IMG/VR virus record: IMGVR_UViG_3300029624_000040
Location: 1-63,819 of that record
Source: a virus
Taxonomy: Duplodnaviria > Caudoviricetes
Length of the DNA: 63,819 bases
Reading direction: 5' to 3' (one strand)
Each line of letters opens with the position of its first letter. The stretch's first letter is position 1. The position numbers and the translations under genes are program-made. The notes below the pieces were generated by a model. It ran no database searches and had not been told where the DNA came from. It saw only the letters and a list, made by a program, of their open reading frames with translations. Of this stretch, positions 46,537 to 56,498 are shown piece after piece.

Positions 46537-46842
46537 TTAAGATGCCTGAGTCGTGGGCGAGGCGACCGGCGTTGCCATCACGCCGGAGGTGGAGCGGCTT
46601 TCAACCGCGCCGAGTTCATCGAAGTTGCGGGCGGCAGCCGCCTGGAGAACGCCCTGAGCGATCGTCGCGGTGTTGCGACCGTCGCGGTTGTTCGCCTGAA
46701 TATTGCCGACCGTTTCCGTCATCAAGTGCTTTGCGACCTCGGGGTCCATTACAGAGTCCTCATCGTTTCCGTGTTGCACAACATCCGAAGCCGGACCACC
46801 CGGCACCGGAATCTCCACTACGCCGTCATTTTCAGGCGGCAT
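46537..46842 (-). CDS. hypothetical protein
   Basis: GAGGGA RBS. Confidence 0.65.
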   Translation of the reverse strand: MPPENDGVVEIPVPGGPASDVVQHGNDEDSVMDPEVAKHLMTETVGNIQANNRDGRNTATIAQGVLQAAAARNFDELGAVESRSTSGVMATPVASPTTQAS

Positions 46843-46933
46843 ATTTCCCTCACTTCATCGATTCGAATGCAAGGCAAATTACCCCGCACACAATCGTCGC
46901 ACCGATTAAAATTAATGCGGCATGCACGTCCAT

Positions 46934-47188
46934 CTATGCGGTTTTCGTTTGCTTCGGCCCGACCATCTCTTCGGTGGCTACCGGGCATCGGGATTCGATA
47001 TGGTCAACGGCCGCTCGCAGCATGTTTGACAGGTGGTCTTCACACGCAAAGTCATCTCTGACGTTAAGGTCAAGACGGCCCGCTAAGTACGCAGAGACAG
47101 CGGCCAGCTGGTTTGCTACGTCTCTCGTCGCCTCCTCGCTTTCACCGATAAGCGCGGCGGCACGGTCGATTTCTTTTCGAAGAAACAC
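46934..47188 (-). CDS. hypothetical protein
   Basis: Follows the protease gene. Confidence 0.5.
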   Translation of the reverse strand: MFLRKEIDRAAALIGESEEATRDVANQLAAVSAYLAGRLDLNVRDDFACEDHLSNMLRAAVDHIESRCPVATEEMVGPKQTKTA

Positions 47189-48379
47189 CTATCGTTCCTG
47201 CCGTTGAAAGAGCCGAAGATGCACGTCGTCGCCGACGCGATATGTCTCTGAGTCGTATTGGCCGTCCGGCTTGTGGACGATTACGCGGTACGTCTCGCTT
47301 TCAAGAGCCGACACGCGGGCCTGTAGCCGCTCCAGCTCGCTCCGCACACTGGCGAGGGCTTGCGTGTCAGCATCTTCCCCGGGTGGTCCCTGTGGTCCTT
47401 GTGGGCCCACCGGACCACGCTCACCGGGCAGACCGGCCTGCGGCTCTCGGTCCAATAGCAACTCGATTGCCTTGCCCTGCTGTAGCAACAGCCCCTCGAT
47501 GCGCTCGATCCGGTCAGGATCAACAGGTGAGGTCGGCGTCACCGGGGGCTGTGGGGGGGGTGCGTCCGGTGTTTTCTTGCCACGTTGCCAGTCATCGCAG
47601 TCATCGAGAAACCGCATCACGACTTGATAATTGATTGCAATCGCCGGTCCGGTATGCAGCCCGCTTGCGTTGGGGTTATCAAGCACTTCGCTGAGCACCG
47701 CCACGAGTTTTCCGTCAACCGTTATGGGCGACCCCGATTGACCACTCGTGCCGTCTGCGGACGCTACGAACCAACGGTTTCGCAAACACTGCTTTTGGCC
47801 TCGTTCATCAGTCCGGCAGGCAGCCAGCACAACCGAATCGGTGAACCCTTCCCATCGTCCTTCGATTCGGAACGTATGGCGTTTGGCCGCAATCGGAAGC
47901 TGCGGGGCGATATCCGACACAGGACTGATTGCGATGTCTTCCCCGCGCGGCAACGCGGCACTTAGCAGGGCCAGGTCTGCGTCGGCGTCTCGACAGCGAA
48001 TCTCCGCCGCAACCCACTCGCCCAAGAAAACTTGAGTGCGACTGGTTGCTACATGGGCATTGGTCAGTACAAACAGCGTGTCACCGCGTCGACCGATGAC
48101 ACCACCCGTGCCCTGTCCGGTCCGCTGGAACTGAAACCGCGGCGGCTGGACCCCAAAATTGAACTGCTGCGGGCACCCGCCCGGCGGGCAATACTTTGGC
48201 TGCTGGTACGGGTAACACTGCCCCTGCGGGCATGCAGAATACTGAGCGGGGAATTGCCCCTCTGCGGTCGTGCGAACGACAACCTGCGGTCCCCACGTCG
48301 CAGCCTCAGCAGCAACCCCGAACAGAATCAAATCGGCGATGAACAGGCCGATGCGGATGAACTGCCATGCGGTCGTCAT
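47189..48379 (-). CDS. trypsin-like serine protease with signal peptide and collagen-like repeat
   Basis: LTNAHV, DLALL, GQSGSP triad; GxP/GxQ triplets. Confidence 0.88.
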   Translation of the reverse strand: MTTAWQFIRIGLFIADLILFGVAAEAATWGPQVVVRTTAEGQFPAQYSACPQGQCYPYQQPKYCPPGGCPQQFNFGVQPPRFQFQRTGQGTGGVIGRRGDTLFVLTNAHVATSRTQVFLGEWVAAEIRCRDADADLALLSAALPRGEDIAISPVSDIAPQLPIAAKRHTFRIEGRWEGFTDSVVLAACRTDERGQKQCLRNRWFVASADGTSGQSGSPITVDGKLVAVLSEVLDNPNASGLHTGPAIAINYQVVMRFLDDCDDWQRGKKTPDAPPPQPPVTPTSPVDPDRIERIEGLLLQQGKAIELLLDREPQAGLPGERGPVGPQGPQGPPGEDADTQALASVRSELERLQARVSALESETYRVIVHKPDGQYDSETYRVGDDVHLRLFQRQER

Positions 48380-49032
48380 GCTTCCCTCCAAATCGGCTCA
48401 CCGTCGGGCGTGAGAGTCGAGGCCGTCGCGGCGAGGTAGCGACTGCCCTGAGACAGATGGGCACGAATCAGGCGAGCCGGGGAATAGTCAGCAGGGTCTG
48501 CCTTCTGCGGCAGACGGCAGATAAATTGGTCGAACGCCGCGCACGATTCGGAGCAGAACAACTCGTCCAGATTCGGCTTGAAGAACCGACCGAGAATGTC
48601 GAACCAACGAGACGAACCAAGAGCACCGGCGAAGTCGTAAGGCAACTCCTTACCGATCCACTCTTGCATGTGGACATTCAGAGTCAGAACCTCGTTCCAG
48701 TCGAGATCCTTCTTGAGCCGATAAAGTTCGACCGTCCCGCCCGCTTCGATGTATTGACGAATTCGTGCGTTGACAGGTTGAACTTGAAGCCCTGCGAATC
48801 GCACCTTCCGCAACAAACAGGGAGAGTCGTTGCGCGAGGTGGACTCAAACAGGGCGGGAGCAAATCGCCGCGAGCCGTTTTTTCGCGACTCGTCCTCGAC
48901 AAACCCGATGGTGCCGACGTGGCTGGGGCCAAGGTGAGGCCGCTGCGTCCACGACATCGTCCGCCAGCGAATCAGGCGTGACAGCCAGTCTTCACCGTAG
49001 AATGCTAATAGGTCGGACGTGTGCAGGTTCAC
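48376..49032 (-). CDS. permuted papain-like amidase (YiiX/YebB-type NlpC/P60)
   Basis: SHVG..FES..PYDF..LFCSE..SPA. Confidence 0.8.
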   Translation of the reverse strand: MNLHTSDLLAFYGEDWLSRLIRWRTMSWTQRPHLGPSHVGTIGFVEDESRKNGSRRFAPALFESTSRNDSPCLLRKVRFAGLQVQPVNARIRQYIEAGGTVELYRLKKDLDWNEVLTLNVHMQEWIGKELPYDFAGALGSSRWFDILGRFFKPNLDELFCSESCAAFDQFICRLPQKADPADYSPARLIRAHLSQGSRYLAATASTLTPDGEPIWREA

Positions 49033-49051
49033 GTCTTGGCTCCGTGGAAAT

Positions 49052-49089
49052 AAAAAAAAGGCGGCACCCTCGAATGTGAGGATGCCGCC
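49052..49089 (-). terminator. intrinsic terminator between the early cassettes and late genes
   Basis: GGCGGCA..TGCCGCC stem followed by T8 on the minus strand. Confidence 0.8.
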
Positions 49090-49330
49090 CGTATGGCTGG
49101 CTTCAGCGAATGGTCCGCCCGTGTGGCGGGTCTGTCAGTCCTGCATAGTATCCGGCTCTGATGCTCGCTGGTCAACCTCAATTGGGTGCAGAACTACGGT
49201 CGTCTTGCTTCCGCGGGGCCGACCGGGTGACCTCGACACCGCTCCGATGACAATCGGCTTCGCAAGCTCATACGTCTCGCCCGGCTTCAACGAGATTGGA
49301 ATCGGCTTTCCGTGCCCGGTTGTCGCTCCG

Positions 49331-49699
49331 TCACTGCTCACGCGGATCCTCCTGAATTTGCACGCTGAACCCTTCAATCAGTTCCAGGTTGTGCGGGCCG
49401 TCAAACCCGTTGTGCATCCGGTCGACACTTGGGTTCCGTGCGGCGTGTCGCTCGCAGAGTTGTAGTTCAATCGCTTTGTGCAAATTGAACTCGTACCCCA
49501 GGTTCGGCAAGCTGTCCGTCTGCATGCGAATAGTCGCTGCGGCGTTCGCACAGTTCTCGACCTGCCGATTGCCGTGGCCGAATATCTCCCGCAGACCGGC
49601 GAGCACGTTGCCCGCGCGGAAGAATGCGATGGCGTGCAAAGCGGAATCAATCCGCCTCAGCTGCCCGACCGTGCATCGAATCGTGACTTGTTCGCTCAC
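49331..49699 (-). CDS. hypothetical protein
   Basis: GGAGGAG RBS, coupled. Confidence 0.6.
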   Translation of the reverse strand: MSEQVTIRCTVGQLRRIDSALHAIAFFRAGNVLAGLREIFGHGNRQVENCANAAATIRMQTDSLPNLGYEFNLHKAIELQLCERHAARNPSVDRMHNGFDGPHNLELIEGFSVQIQEDPREQ

Positions 49700-50130
49700 T
49701 GCTCCTCCTCCGTGTCTATGCCCCTCGCAGCGAGGGCGGGGTGTACGTTCAGGGACATTCCCAGCGAGCCGCCTTCTCCGACGATGAGGTATCGAACCTC
49801 GGCTCGTTTACCGGACGTCAGGCTTGATTGATTCTCCTCGCACCATGACCGCATCGCGTCTTCGTGGGGGAATACATGGATCGCTAGCTTGGGGCAGGTG
49901 ACTGACATTGATTGAGCGCAAGGGCCGTTCGGACCTTGGTCCGTATAGGCCAAGATTGCGGTGCCGGGCCTTGTCATGTCAGACGACCACTCCGGGGCGG
50001 TCGCGATGTTTACCACTACAGCGATAATCTCTTTGGGATTCGTCATATCCCACGCCTGATTACCCATTCCGACCGCCTCTTCAACGGCGTCAACCATGTC
50101 GTCGGTAATGTCCTCACTCGTCAGCATCAC
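49696..50130 (-). CDS. hypothetical protein
   Basis: RBS, cassette ORF. Confidence 0.6.
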   Translation of the reverse strand: MMLTSEDITDDMVDAVEEAVGMGNQAWDMTNPKEIIAVVVNIATAPEWSSDMTRPGTAILAYTDQGPNGPCAQSMSVTCPKLAIHVFPHEDAMRSWCEENQSSLTSGKRAEVRYLIVGEGGSLGMSLNVHPALAARGIDTEEEQ

Positions 50131-50199
50131 TCCCCCTTCCGTGCCGCGGCGAGGGCGGCTCTGAATGTTTTGTGTCGCCCGGTGAATCAGGGTTAGGCA

Positions 50200-50466
50200 T
50201 CAATCCCAAATCGGCGACGTGACCCGGTGATAACCCTTCACGGCTGGGTCTGGGCCCGCGCGGTCAAGGACACCGACCTCACCGTCGAGCATCATCTGGA
50301 ACAGCACGCCGCCGTCCGCGTTGTGGTCAAATATCTCAATCGGCTGGCAGCCTAATTTCTCGGCCACATACCCGACGCCGCAGTACGTCGATGTGCCGTG
50401 CTCTTCGGCGAACTCCCGCAGAATCTCGTGAATCTGCTGCCGTTTCTGTTTGTCAGTGCCGGTCAC
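50200..50466 (-). CDS. hypothetical protein, winged-helix-like
   Basis: Cassette ORF. Confidence 0.5.
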   Translation of the reverse strand: MTGTDKQKRQQIHEILREFAEEHGTSTYCGVGYVAEKLGCQPIEIFDHNADGGVLFQMMLDGEVGVLDRAGPDPAVKGYHRVTSPIWD

Positions 50467-50498
50467 TCGCGTCTCGCCCGTATTAGGTTGGTGGTGTG

Positions 50499-50720
50499 TC
50501 AGCGTTCGGTGTCGTTCGCCCATTCTTCGGGCGATTGACCGACTACGCACTCAAAGAGCTTTCGCCGCCCATTCTCTTCGAAGGCCAGCATGCGGTAGAT
50601 GCCCGCTAACACCGCGGCGTCAGCCTCATTCTGCGCGTTGAGTTTCAGCGAGCCGCAGTAGTCGCGAGCGTCAGTCATCGGTCGCCCCTTAAACTTCGCA
50701 GCCGTAGCGTCAACTTTCAT
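50499..50720 (-). CDS. hypothetical protein
   Basis: GGGGGAG RBS. Confidence 0.6.
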   Translation of the reverse strand: MKVDATAAKFKGRPMTDARDYCGSLKLNAQNEADAAVLAGIYRMLAFEENGRRKLFECVVGQSPEEWANDTER

Positions 50721-50729
50721 TTGCTCCCC

Positions 50730-50942
50730 CTACGGTGTCCGCCCGCTCATGCGGGCGTGATCCAAGTATTCGATTTCCCATGTCGGGTGATATCGCAGGT
50801 GGTTTTGAGTCTCCCCGTCGAGCCGGGTACGGAGGTAGCAGCCATCAGCCGATGTGATCGTTCCCGGCTTGCCCCGATACTTAACCCGGCCGCCGCGTTT
50901 CGCTGGCACGCCGTAATAGCGGCGGATATAGGCCATGCTCAT
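50730..50942 (-). CDS. conserved phage hypothetical (YIRRYYGVPAKRGGRV...YHPTW)
   Basis: Recognisable phage motif. Confidence 0.75.
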   Translation of the reverse strand: MSMAYIRRYYGVPAKRGGRVKYRGKPGTITSADGCYLRTRLDGETQNHLRYHPTWEIEYLDHARMSGRTP

Positions 50943-50964
50943 CGCGTGTGTCTTTGAGTGGTGT

Positions 50965-51408
50965 TTAGGCTTCGGTCACTGACTTTGTTTCATCGATCGC
51001 CACCTCGTAGACCGTTCCGTCTTCGCGGGCCGCAAAAGCCTTCATGCCGTCCGCGATCAGTCCAAATCGAGGACGCAACTTGTGCCGGTCGAGCCATTCA
51101 CCGACACATTTTTGCAGGCTTAACTCCAAGTCGTCTTCCTGCTCTTCAGACGGTGTCAGCCAGTCCTCCGCCCATTCCCCAGAATAGTCATCGGCCCCGC
51201 TATCGAGCAAAAAGAAATCGATGAACCGATCAGCACAAATCTGTTCCTCTGGCGGAAACGGATCGCGGAGCGGGGAAACGAACACGTATTCGCATTCGGG
51301 CCACTCGCCGAACGCCTCTACCGCCGCCGCTTCCGGTGTGTCTTCAAGACCTTGCCACATCTCTTCGTTCTCGTTGTTCGCGTACACCCATTTTCCGTTA
51401 ACGCTCAT
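50965..51408 (-). CDS. acidic hypothetical protein
   Basis: Cassette ORF. Confidence 0.7.
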   Translation of the reverse strand: MSVNGKWVYANNENEEMWQGLEDTPEAAAVEAFGEWPECEYVFVSPLRDPFPPEEQICADRFIDFFLLDSGADDYSGEWAEDWLTPSEEQEDDLELSLQKCVGEWLDRHKLRPRFGLIADGMKAFAAREDGTVYEVAIDETKSVTEA

Positions 51409-51465
51409 TGCGGTTCCCCCAAGTGTTCAACCGCCCACGCGGGCGTGTGTGATGATTAGGCCGGG

Positions 51466-51906
51466 TCAGTCGATCTCGTTGACGAACTCAGCAACATTCT
51501 GCACATCAAACTCGCTCGGTAGATCAGCGAGCTTCGCCCCGTCGATGATGTCCACGAAATGCATTCCGAGCCGTGGCATGAACACGCGGACGAGCAGGCA
51601 GCCATCCGTTTCGGTCGCCCACACGGGTACATTCAGGCGATCGTAGGTCGGCATCTCGCGGAAGATTCGAATTGGAGACGAATTCATTAGGCTCAGATCG
51701 GTCGGCCCGCAGCGATTGAAGCCTTTTGGTAGCCCCAGCATGATTCGACCGATCCCGCCGATAAATGTTGACGGTCGGTGATTGCTGCACGACTCATTAC
51801 TGTCGTCTTTGCGAAAGCAGCCAGTCTCCATCGGCCCGCGAATGCATCCCGGACACTGAAAATTTACGACCAACTCGGCTGCTCGCTCTCGCATCGTTTC
51901 AGTCAT
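51466..51906 (-). CDS. hypothetical Cys-containing protein
   Basis: Cassette ORF. Confidence 0.7.
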   Translation of the reverse strand: MTETMRERAAELVVNFQCPGCIRGPMETGCFRKDDSNESCSNHRPSTFIGGIGRIMLGLPKGFNRCGPTDLSLMNSSPIRIFREMPTYDRLNVPVWATETDGCLLVRVFMPRLGMHFVDIIDGAKLADLPSEFDVQNVAEFVNEID

Positions 51907-52053
51907 TACTCTCTATCTCCCTACCAAGCGGCATCGAGTGCCGCGTCTATAAACACCCACCACCCGACCGCCAACGCAGCGGCCCCAATGATTGCGAGGA
52001 TGGGTTTTGCTCGGTCCATTTGTTCGTTGCCCCTCGGGCGGGGCGGCTAAAGG

Positions 52054-52413
52054 TCAGTGCAGGCTGATCGTCAACGGCCCGGTCGCAACTCCCCTCGCGT
52101 GCTTAATCAGCATTTGAGCGAGCTCGATCGCCTGCTGCGGGGGCATGGCCACCCATTCGGTCGGAGTTGGAAAGTCGATTCGGACCAATTCTCGATCCGG
52201 GTCGCTGCTGATCACAAAAGTGCCGTCGCCGTCATCGTCCGGGCTGATTCGACCGCCCGAATAGGTCCGCTTGTCCTGTCGATGAGACTGGCCGATAAAC
52301 CGCTTTGCAAGCGGGTCATCGGAGTTCGCCAGTTGCTCACGGAGAGCGTCCGGCAGTTGAGAGCCGCCATCGTGTTCGCTGTGGTGTGCAAAGCTCATCG
52401 CGTCAGTCTCCAA
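52054..52413 (-). CDS. hypothetical protein
   Basis: Cassette ORF. Confidence 0.65.
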   Translation of the reverse strand: METDAMSFAHHSEHDGGSQLPDALREQLANSDDPLAKRFIGQSHRQDKRTYSGGRISPDDDGDGTFVISSDPDRELVRIDFPTPTEWVAMPPQQAIELAQMLIKHARGVATGPLTISLH

Positions 52414-52452
52414 ATTGGTTAAGGTGTCCGCCCGCTCATGCGGGCATTGAAA

Positions 52453-52746
52453 TTACCGCCGTGCGAATTTGCGAAGATGGTCCCGAATCCGCATCCGCTT
52501 TTCGTAGAGCTTCCGCTCCTTCTCCGCCTTCGCCTCTTTCGCTCGGTCTCGCAGCATATTCCGATGGCGAACCTGTTCCTGTAGGTGACTCCATCCGGTG
52601 TCGTCATTTCGTCGCGGGATGAGAATGTCGCGCCCGAGATTGTCCATGCCGCCGCCACACGTTGGGCACACCGGGACCCGGGACGCATATCGCCCACGTC
52701 TCGCGTGCGTCCGGCAGGGCAGACAGAAATAGTTCTGGTTAGCCAT
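52453..52746 (-). CDS. zinc-ribbon protein
   Basis: CLPC...CPTC. Confidence 0.65.
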   Translation of the reverse strand: MANQNYFCLPCRTHARRGRYASRVPVCPTCGGGMDNLGRDILIPRRNDDTGWSHLQEQVRHRNMLRDRAKEAKAEKERKLYEKRMRIRDHLRKFARR

Positions 52747-52765
52747 CGTTCCCTCTGTGTGGTGT

Positions 52766-53029
52766 TCAGGCTAAGACGGTCGGCTGGTATTCATCGCGTA
52801 GAGGCTCGTCGATGCCGGTCACATTATCGATTGCGACATATCCGCTGATGCCATAGAGGAAGACGACCGGTTCCCCGCTGTGAGCTTCGAACGGCTCCCC
52901 GCTAACCGTCGTTTCTTTCACCGGGCCGCGGTTCTTCACGGACCAATACCAGACGCGACTGCCGGGCGGGTGCATTGCCGTAAACCGCAAGAGTCGTTCC
53001 TTTGTGTCGAGCATTCTTGCTTCCTCCAA
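52766..53029 (-). CDS. hypothetical protein
   Basis: Cassette ORF. Confidence 0.65.
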   Translation of the reverse strand: MEEARMLDTKERLLRFTAMHPPGSRVWYWSVKNRGPVKETTVSGEPFEAHSGEPVVFLYGISGYVAIDNVTGIDEPLRDEYQPTVLA

Positions 53030-53073
53030 TGTGTTCAGCCGCCCACGCGGGCGTGTGTGATGATTAGGCCGGG

Positions 53074-53322
53074 TCAGGCAAACCGGGCAGCTTCTTTAGT
53101 TAATCGTTCGTGGATAATCCGGCGATGCTCTGCGTTGAACTGTTTGGCAGTCGCGTCCGGAATACGCTCCATCAATCGGATCGTGAAGTCGTACACGGCT
53201 ACCATCGAGCGAGGGTATTCGCCCTCTTTTTGGACGCGATCGGACAGCTCCGCCATCACGTCATCAACGTCAACGTCGACCTCGGTCTGAACCCACACGT
53301 CTCTCGCGATTTTGCACTGCAT
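53074..53322 (-). CDS. hypothetical protein
   Basis: Cassette ORF. Confidence 0.65.
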   Translation of the reverse strand: MQCKIARDVWVQTEVDVDVDDVMAELSDRVQKEGEYPRSMVAVYDFTIRLMERIPDATAKQFNAEHRRIIHERLTKEAARFA

Positions 53323-53356
53323 TGCTCTCTATCTCCTCACTGGGTCACGGTTGCGG

Positions 53357-53584
53357 TTAAGAAACGTCCGGCTGGTCTTCGCATAGGTCGCCGAAACACA
53401 CCGGACAGGGCTTGTACATTGCCCCGGAATACGATTCGTAATCGTGCGTCGGCACCCGCCCTTCGCCTTGGCACTCGTCGCACCAATCTTCCAGTTCGTC
53501 ATCCCGGCACCCGCCGCACAGGTCGTAATAGCCGGAGAGGTTGGATTCGATTTCGCCGCCGCACACGTCGCACTGTCCGTCCAT
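53357..53584 (-). CDS. Cys-rich zinc-binding protein
   Basis: Four CxxC pairs, one DnaJ-like CxxCxGxG. Confidence 0.6.
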   Translation of the reverse strand: MDGQCDVCGGEIESNLSGYYDLCGGCRDDELEDWCDECQGEGRVPTHDYESYSGAMYKPCPVCFGDLCEDQPDVS

Positions 53585-53676
53585 GCCTCTATCGCCTTGT
53601 TAAGCTCGGGTGTCGGTCGCCGCCTATCTCTCGTGTCAGAGTTCGACGTTCGGAGCCGTGTTAGGTTGGTCGGGAC

Positions 53677-54609
53677 TTATGGGGCGGTCGCGAATAGGCC
53701 GCCGACTTCAGGCGGTTGCGTCAGTGACTCGCCGTTGATGATTAAGACTTCCGGCGCTTCAATGGCTCCGCCTTTGTCGCGCTGCCCTTGGTTCGCAAGT
53801 CCCTTGTTCGCTTTGAGCCGCACGAAGGTCCAACCGGCGTACATCTCGCGGACTTCCGGGCAATCGTAATAGCTCACGACGACGCGGGTTTTGCGGTAGC
53901 GATTGAGCGCGGTTGCTAATCGCTGATGGTCCGAATCGGCGAAGTCATGCAGGTATCTGAAGCCTTTGGTCACATAGGGCGGGTCGATGTAGATCACCGT
54001 GCCTTTGGCGTCTTCGATGCCGCTCTTGCGGCCGGTCGGTTCCAGGACGTCGAAAATGTCGCATCGCATGATCGTCATCGTGCGGAGTCGTTCGCACCAA
54101 GCGGGAATAGAGTTGACCGCCGACACGAATCGCTGAGCCGCGTGCCCCCCCTTGCTCGTGTACCGCATGCAAAAACCCATCTTGTAATTCGAGGTGCCTG
54201 CGACACCGCCGCGGCCGAACCATGCCATCAGCATGTAGTGATAGGCTCGCTCCCAATCGGGCGGGTCGTCGCCCTGCGGAGCCGGGTTCGACTTAATGAC
54301 TTCTGCCGACTTCAGGTACAGCTCGCGAGACAGCAGTGTGCGGTTCAGCTTTTCGAACAGCCGGACGGCCAGATCGTCCTCCTGGAGCACGAACGCGAGA
54401 TTGGTCACGTCTCCGTGCAGGTCCACCACCGTCTCCATTGAGCACGGTGGCTTGGCGAACTCGACCGCAAGTGACCCGCAGCAGAGTCCCCAATAGGCGC
54501 GGTGTGGCCCGAGTTCTTCGACGATGCGGGACGCGAGAGTCCGCTTCCCGCCCGCCCATCCGGCCAGCGCCTTGATCTTCATTTCCGGTTGTTCTGTCAC
54601 GCTAACCAC
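53677..54609 (-). CDS. dam: DNA adenine methyltransferase (Dam/D12 class)
   Basis: WAGGKRTLA; atypical GLCCGS motif I; IYIDPPY. Confidence 0.88.
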   Translation of the reverse strand: MVSVTEQPEMKIKALAGWAGGKRTLASRIVEELGPHRAYWGLCCGSLAVEFAKPPCSMETVVDLHGDVTNLAFVLQEDDLAVRLFEKLNRTLLSRELYLKSAEVIKSNPAPQGDDPPDWERAYHYMLMAWFGRGGVAGTSNYKMGFCMRYTSKGGHAAQRFVSAVNSIPAWCERLRTMTIMRCDIFDVLEPTGRKSGIEDAKGTVIYIDPPYVTKGFRYLHDFADSDHQRLATALNRYRKTRVVVSYYDCPEVREMYAGWTFVRLKANKGLANQGQRDKGGAIEAPEVLIINGESLTQPPEVGGLFATAP

Positions 54610-54612
54610 TCG

Positions 54613-55014
54613 TCACGCTCCTTGGCCGAGGCGACGGATGACCAACTCCACCCTCGGGTTATGTTTGTCCGTGTATCGCTCGACCGGCTGGTAACGATTG
54701 GCCGCGTCGTCGGTAATCAGCCCCGAATCGGTCAGCCCGTCAAAGGCCGCTTTCAGGCTCGCCAGGATGTTGTCGGCATCGAGGTGACGCTTGGTCGGGT
54801 GGAAGTACCGAATCGTAATGTCCGCCCCCGGCCACGGTGCCCCTTTGATTCCGCCCCTCGGTGTCTCAGCCATAACGGCATAGGACGCATCGCATCGGTA
54901 TTGCCGGACCGCGTTCGCCTTCGCCATGCGATGCACGCGAGAGTTCGGTTTCAGTTCCTTGGGTGGGGTTGCCAAAATGACGACCAGTTCGTCGTGTGCG
55001 GTCGCTGTCGCCAT
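54613..55014 (-). CDS. RusA-like endodeoxyribonuclease
   Basis: LDADNIL..K..FDGL..GLITDD..PRVEL. Confidence 0.8.
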   Translation of the reverse strand: MATATAHDELVVILATPPKELKPNSRVHRMAKANAVRQYRCDASYAVMAETPRGGIKGAPWPGADITIRYFHPTKRHLDADNILASLKAAFDGLTDSGLITDDAANRYQPVERYTDKHNPRVELVIRRLGQGA

Positions 55015-55072
55015 CACTCCCCTCCATTCTCCATTAAGGCCTCGATAGCCAGCAGGATGCACGCTGGGCCGC

Positions 55073-55531
55073 TCACAGTTCACCCCCATTCTCTCTCGCG
55101 ACCCGGTAGTGGTCCGGCCCCGTCCAGCCTTCAGGTTTTCCGAACTTGCCGGGAATAGTTGGGTGCGGGACCGGCTTGCCGCCCGGAAATTTCGCTTCGT
55201 TCGCTCGGTTGACCTCGGCTTGATGCGGCTCAAGCGGCACGCCACAGGCCCGGAGTGTTCCGACGCTGACGAAATTAAGGTCGCAGCATCCGTCGATAGT
55301 TGCTTCAAGGTCGGGGTAACGCAGCGTAGTGAACAAGTCATCAAAGCTGGGCATGTCCAAACACCCAAACCCGAGGCCGTCAATCGTCTCGACCGCCTCT
55401 TCCCAAATCAGCTTCGCCCGCAGCCGTCGCGTCTCCTCATCCGGCATCGTGTAAGGCGTCTCGGGTATCGCTTGGCCCGATGCACGCATGCAGTATTCGT
55501 TGGATTTCTCTAGGTCCGTCACTTCACTCAT
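55073..55531 (-). CDS. MazG-like NTP pyrophosphohydrolase
   Basis: LRAKLIWEE..E; DG.CD; EVNRAN.AK; KPEGWTGPD. Confidence 0.8.
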   Translation of the reverse strand: MSEVTDLEKSNEYCMRASGQAIPETPYTMPDEETRRLRAKLIWEEAVETIDGLGFGCLDMPSFDDLFTTLRYPDLEATIDGCCDLNFVSVGTLRACGVPLEPHQAEVNRANEAKFPGGKPVPHPTIPGKFGKPEGWTGPDHYRVARENGGEL

Positions 55532-56004
55532 CCCATCAACTCCAAAAGAAACTTGCCGTAATCGTCCGCCCACGGCTCCAGCCGGGACGCTTCACTTAGC
55601 CACGCATCCACCGCTCCGATGGGGTCGCGGCCGAAAATCTCCCTTACAAACTCCCGGTCAAACCGCCCGGCCTCATGCAGCACGTACCAGCAAAGAATTC
55701 GACCTGAATTCGTCGATTGCACGAAGTCGTGACACTTCCGGCACGCAGCAACCAAATTCCTCTCATCATCGCTCGAACGCCCGCAGACGTGGTGAGGGTC
55801 GATAACCCGTGGCCCGTAGTAGGCCGTCCGGTTGTAAGCCTCAAACTGCGATAGCTCGGGGCAGAGTTCGCACCTTGGATGCAGAAGCAGGAATTCGGAG
55901 ACAGCATCAGTTCGCCCTTTCGGTCGGCTCTTAATCCTCCCCCGCTTCGGTCGCCAAGGCTTCCGGTTCAGCGGCTTGTTGCGTTTGAGTGGGGAGCGGT
56001 TCAT
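55528..56004 (-). CDS. HNH endonuclease
   Basis: CELC..DPHH..NLVAACRKCH. Confidence 0.85.
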   Translation of the reverse strand: MNRSPLKRNKPLNRKPWRPKRGRIKSRPKGRTDAVSEFLLLHPRCELCPELSQFEAYNRTAYYGPRVIDPHHVCGRSSDDERNLVAACRKCHDFVQSTNSGRILCWYVLHEAGRFDREFVREIFGRDPIGAVDAWLSEASRLEPWADDYGKFLLELMG

Positions 56005-56498
56005 TAAACCCCACCCTCCAGTTCTGCCCAAAGCCGCTCAAACTCTGCGTTCCACTCTTTAAGTTGCTCCTTAGTCAGCGGTGGCTTTTCTTCCTCGATT
56101 TCGACGCCCCGGTGAGCGACATAGAACGCGATTAACGCCTCGGCTTGCGTGAGCGTAATAGGCTTTGCGCCGCCCATGCTGTAAAGGGCGATGATTTGGT
56201 CGGTGGTCCCCCGGCTCTTGTACCACGACACCCATACCGCCTCCGGGCCAACCACCTCGGGGTCGCTGTCTTCCAAAATGTCGTCGGCGTAAATTGTCGC
56301 GTACTTCTGGTCCTCGCAGTATCGGTAGTCGACACCATCCGGCATCGGGTTTTGGCCTTCATAGGCGATGTCGCGAATCGCATTCGCTGTTGCGCAGTTC
56401 CAGTTGTCGGAATTAAAGACGCCGTCCGGAAACGCGCATCGCGGCTGACTCCCTTCGCCTTCATACGGCCACTTACGTCTTTTACATCGCGGGCACAT
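56004..56498 (-). CDS. hypothetical protein
   Basis: Coupled ORF. Confidence 0.65.
   Translation of the reverse strand: MCPRCKRRKWPYEGEGSQPRCAFPDGVFNSDNWNCATANAIRDIAYEGQNPMPDGVDYRYCEDQKYATIYADDILEDSDPEVVGPEAVWVSWYKSRGTTDQIIALYSMGGAKPITLTQAEALIAFYVAHRGVEIEEEKPPLTKEQLKEWNAEFERLWAELEGGV

Larger units (their letters stand above)
50734..52445. repeat. 23-bp direct repeat at 50734-50756 and 52423-52445
   Basis: ggtgtccgcccgctcatgcgggc, identical copies. Confidence 0.9.
51423..53077. repeat. 47-bp direct repeat at 51423-51469 and 53031-53077
   Basis: One mismatch; includes the upstream gene's TGA. Confidence 0.92.

Noticed and set aside
49100-53680. Integron cassette array
   Set aside because: Spacers lack paired RYYYAAC/GTTRRRY ends and the integrase lacks IntI features
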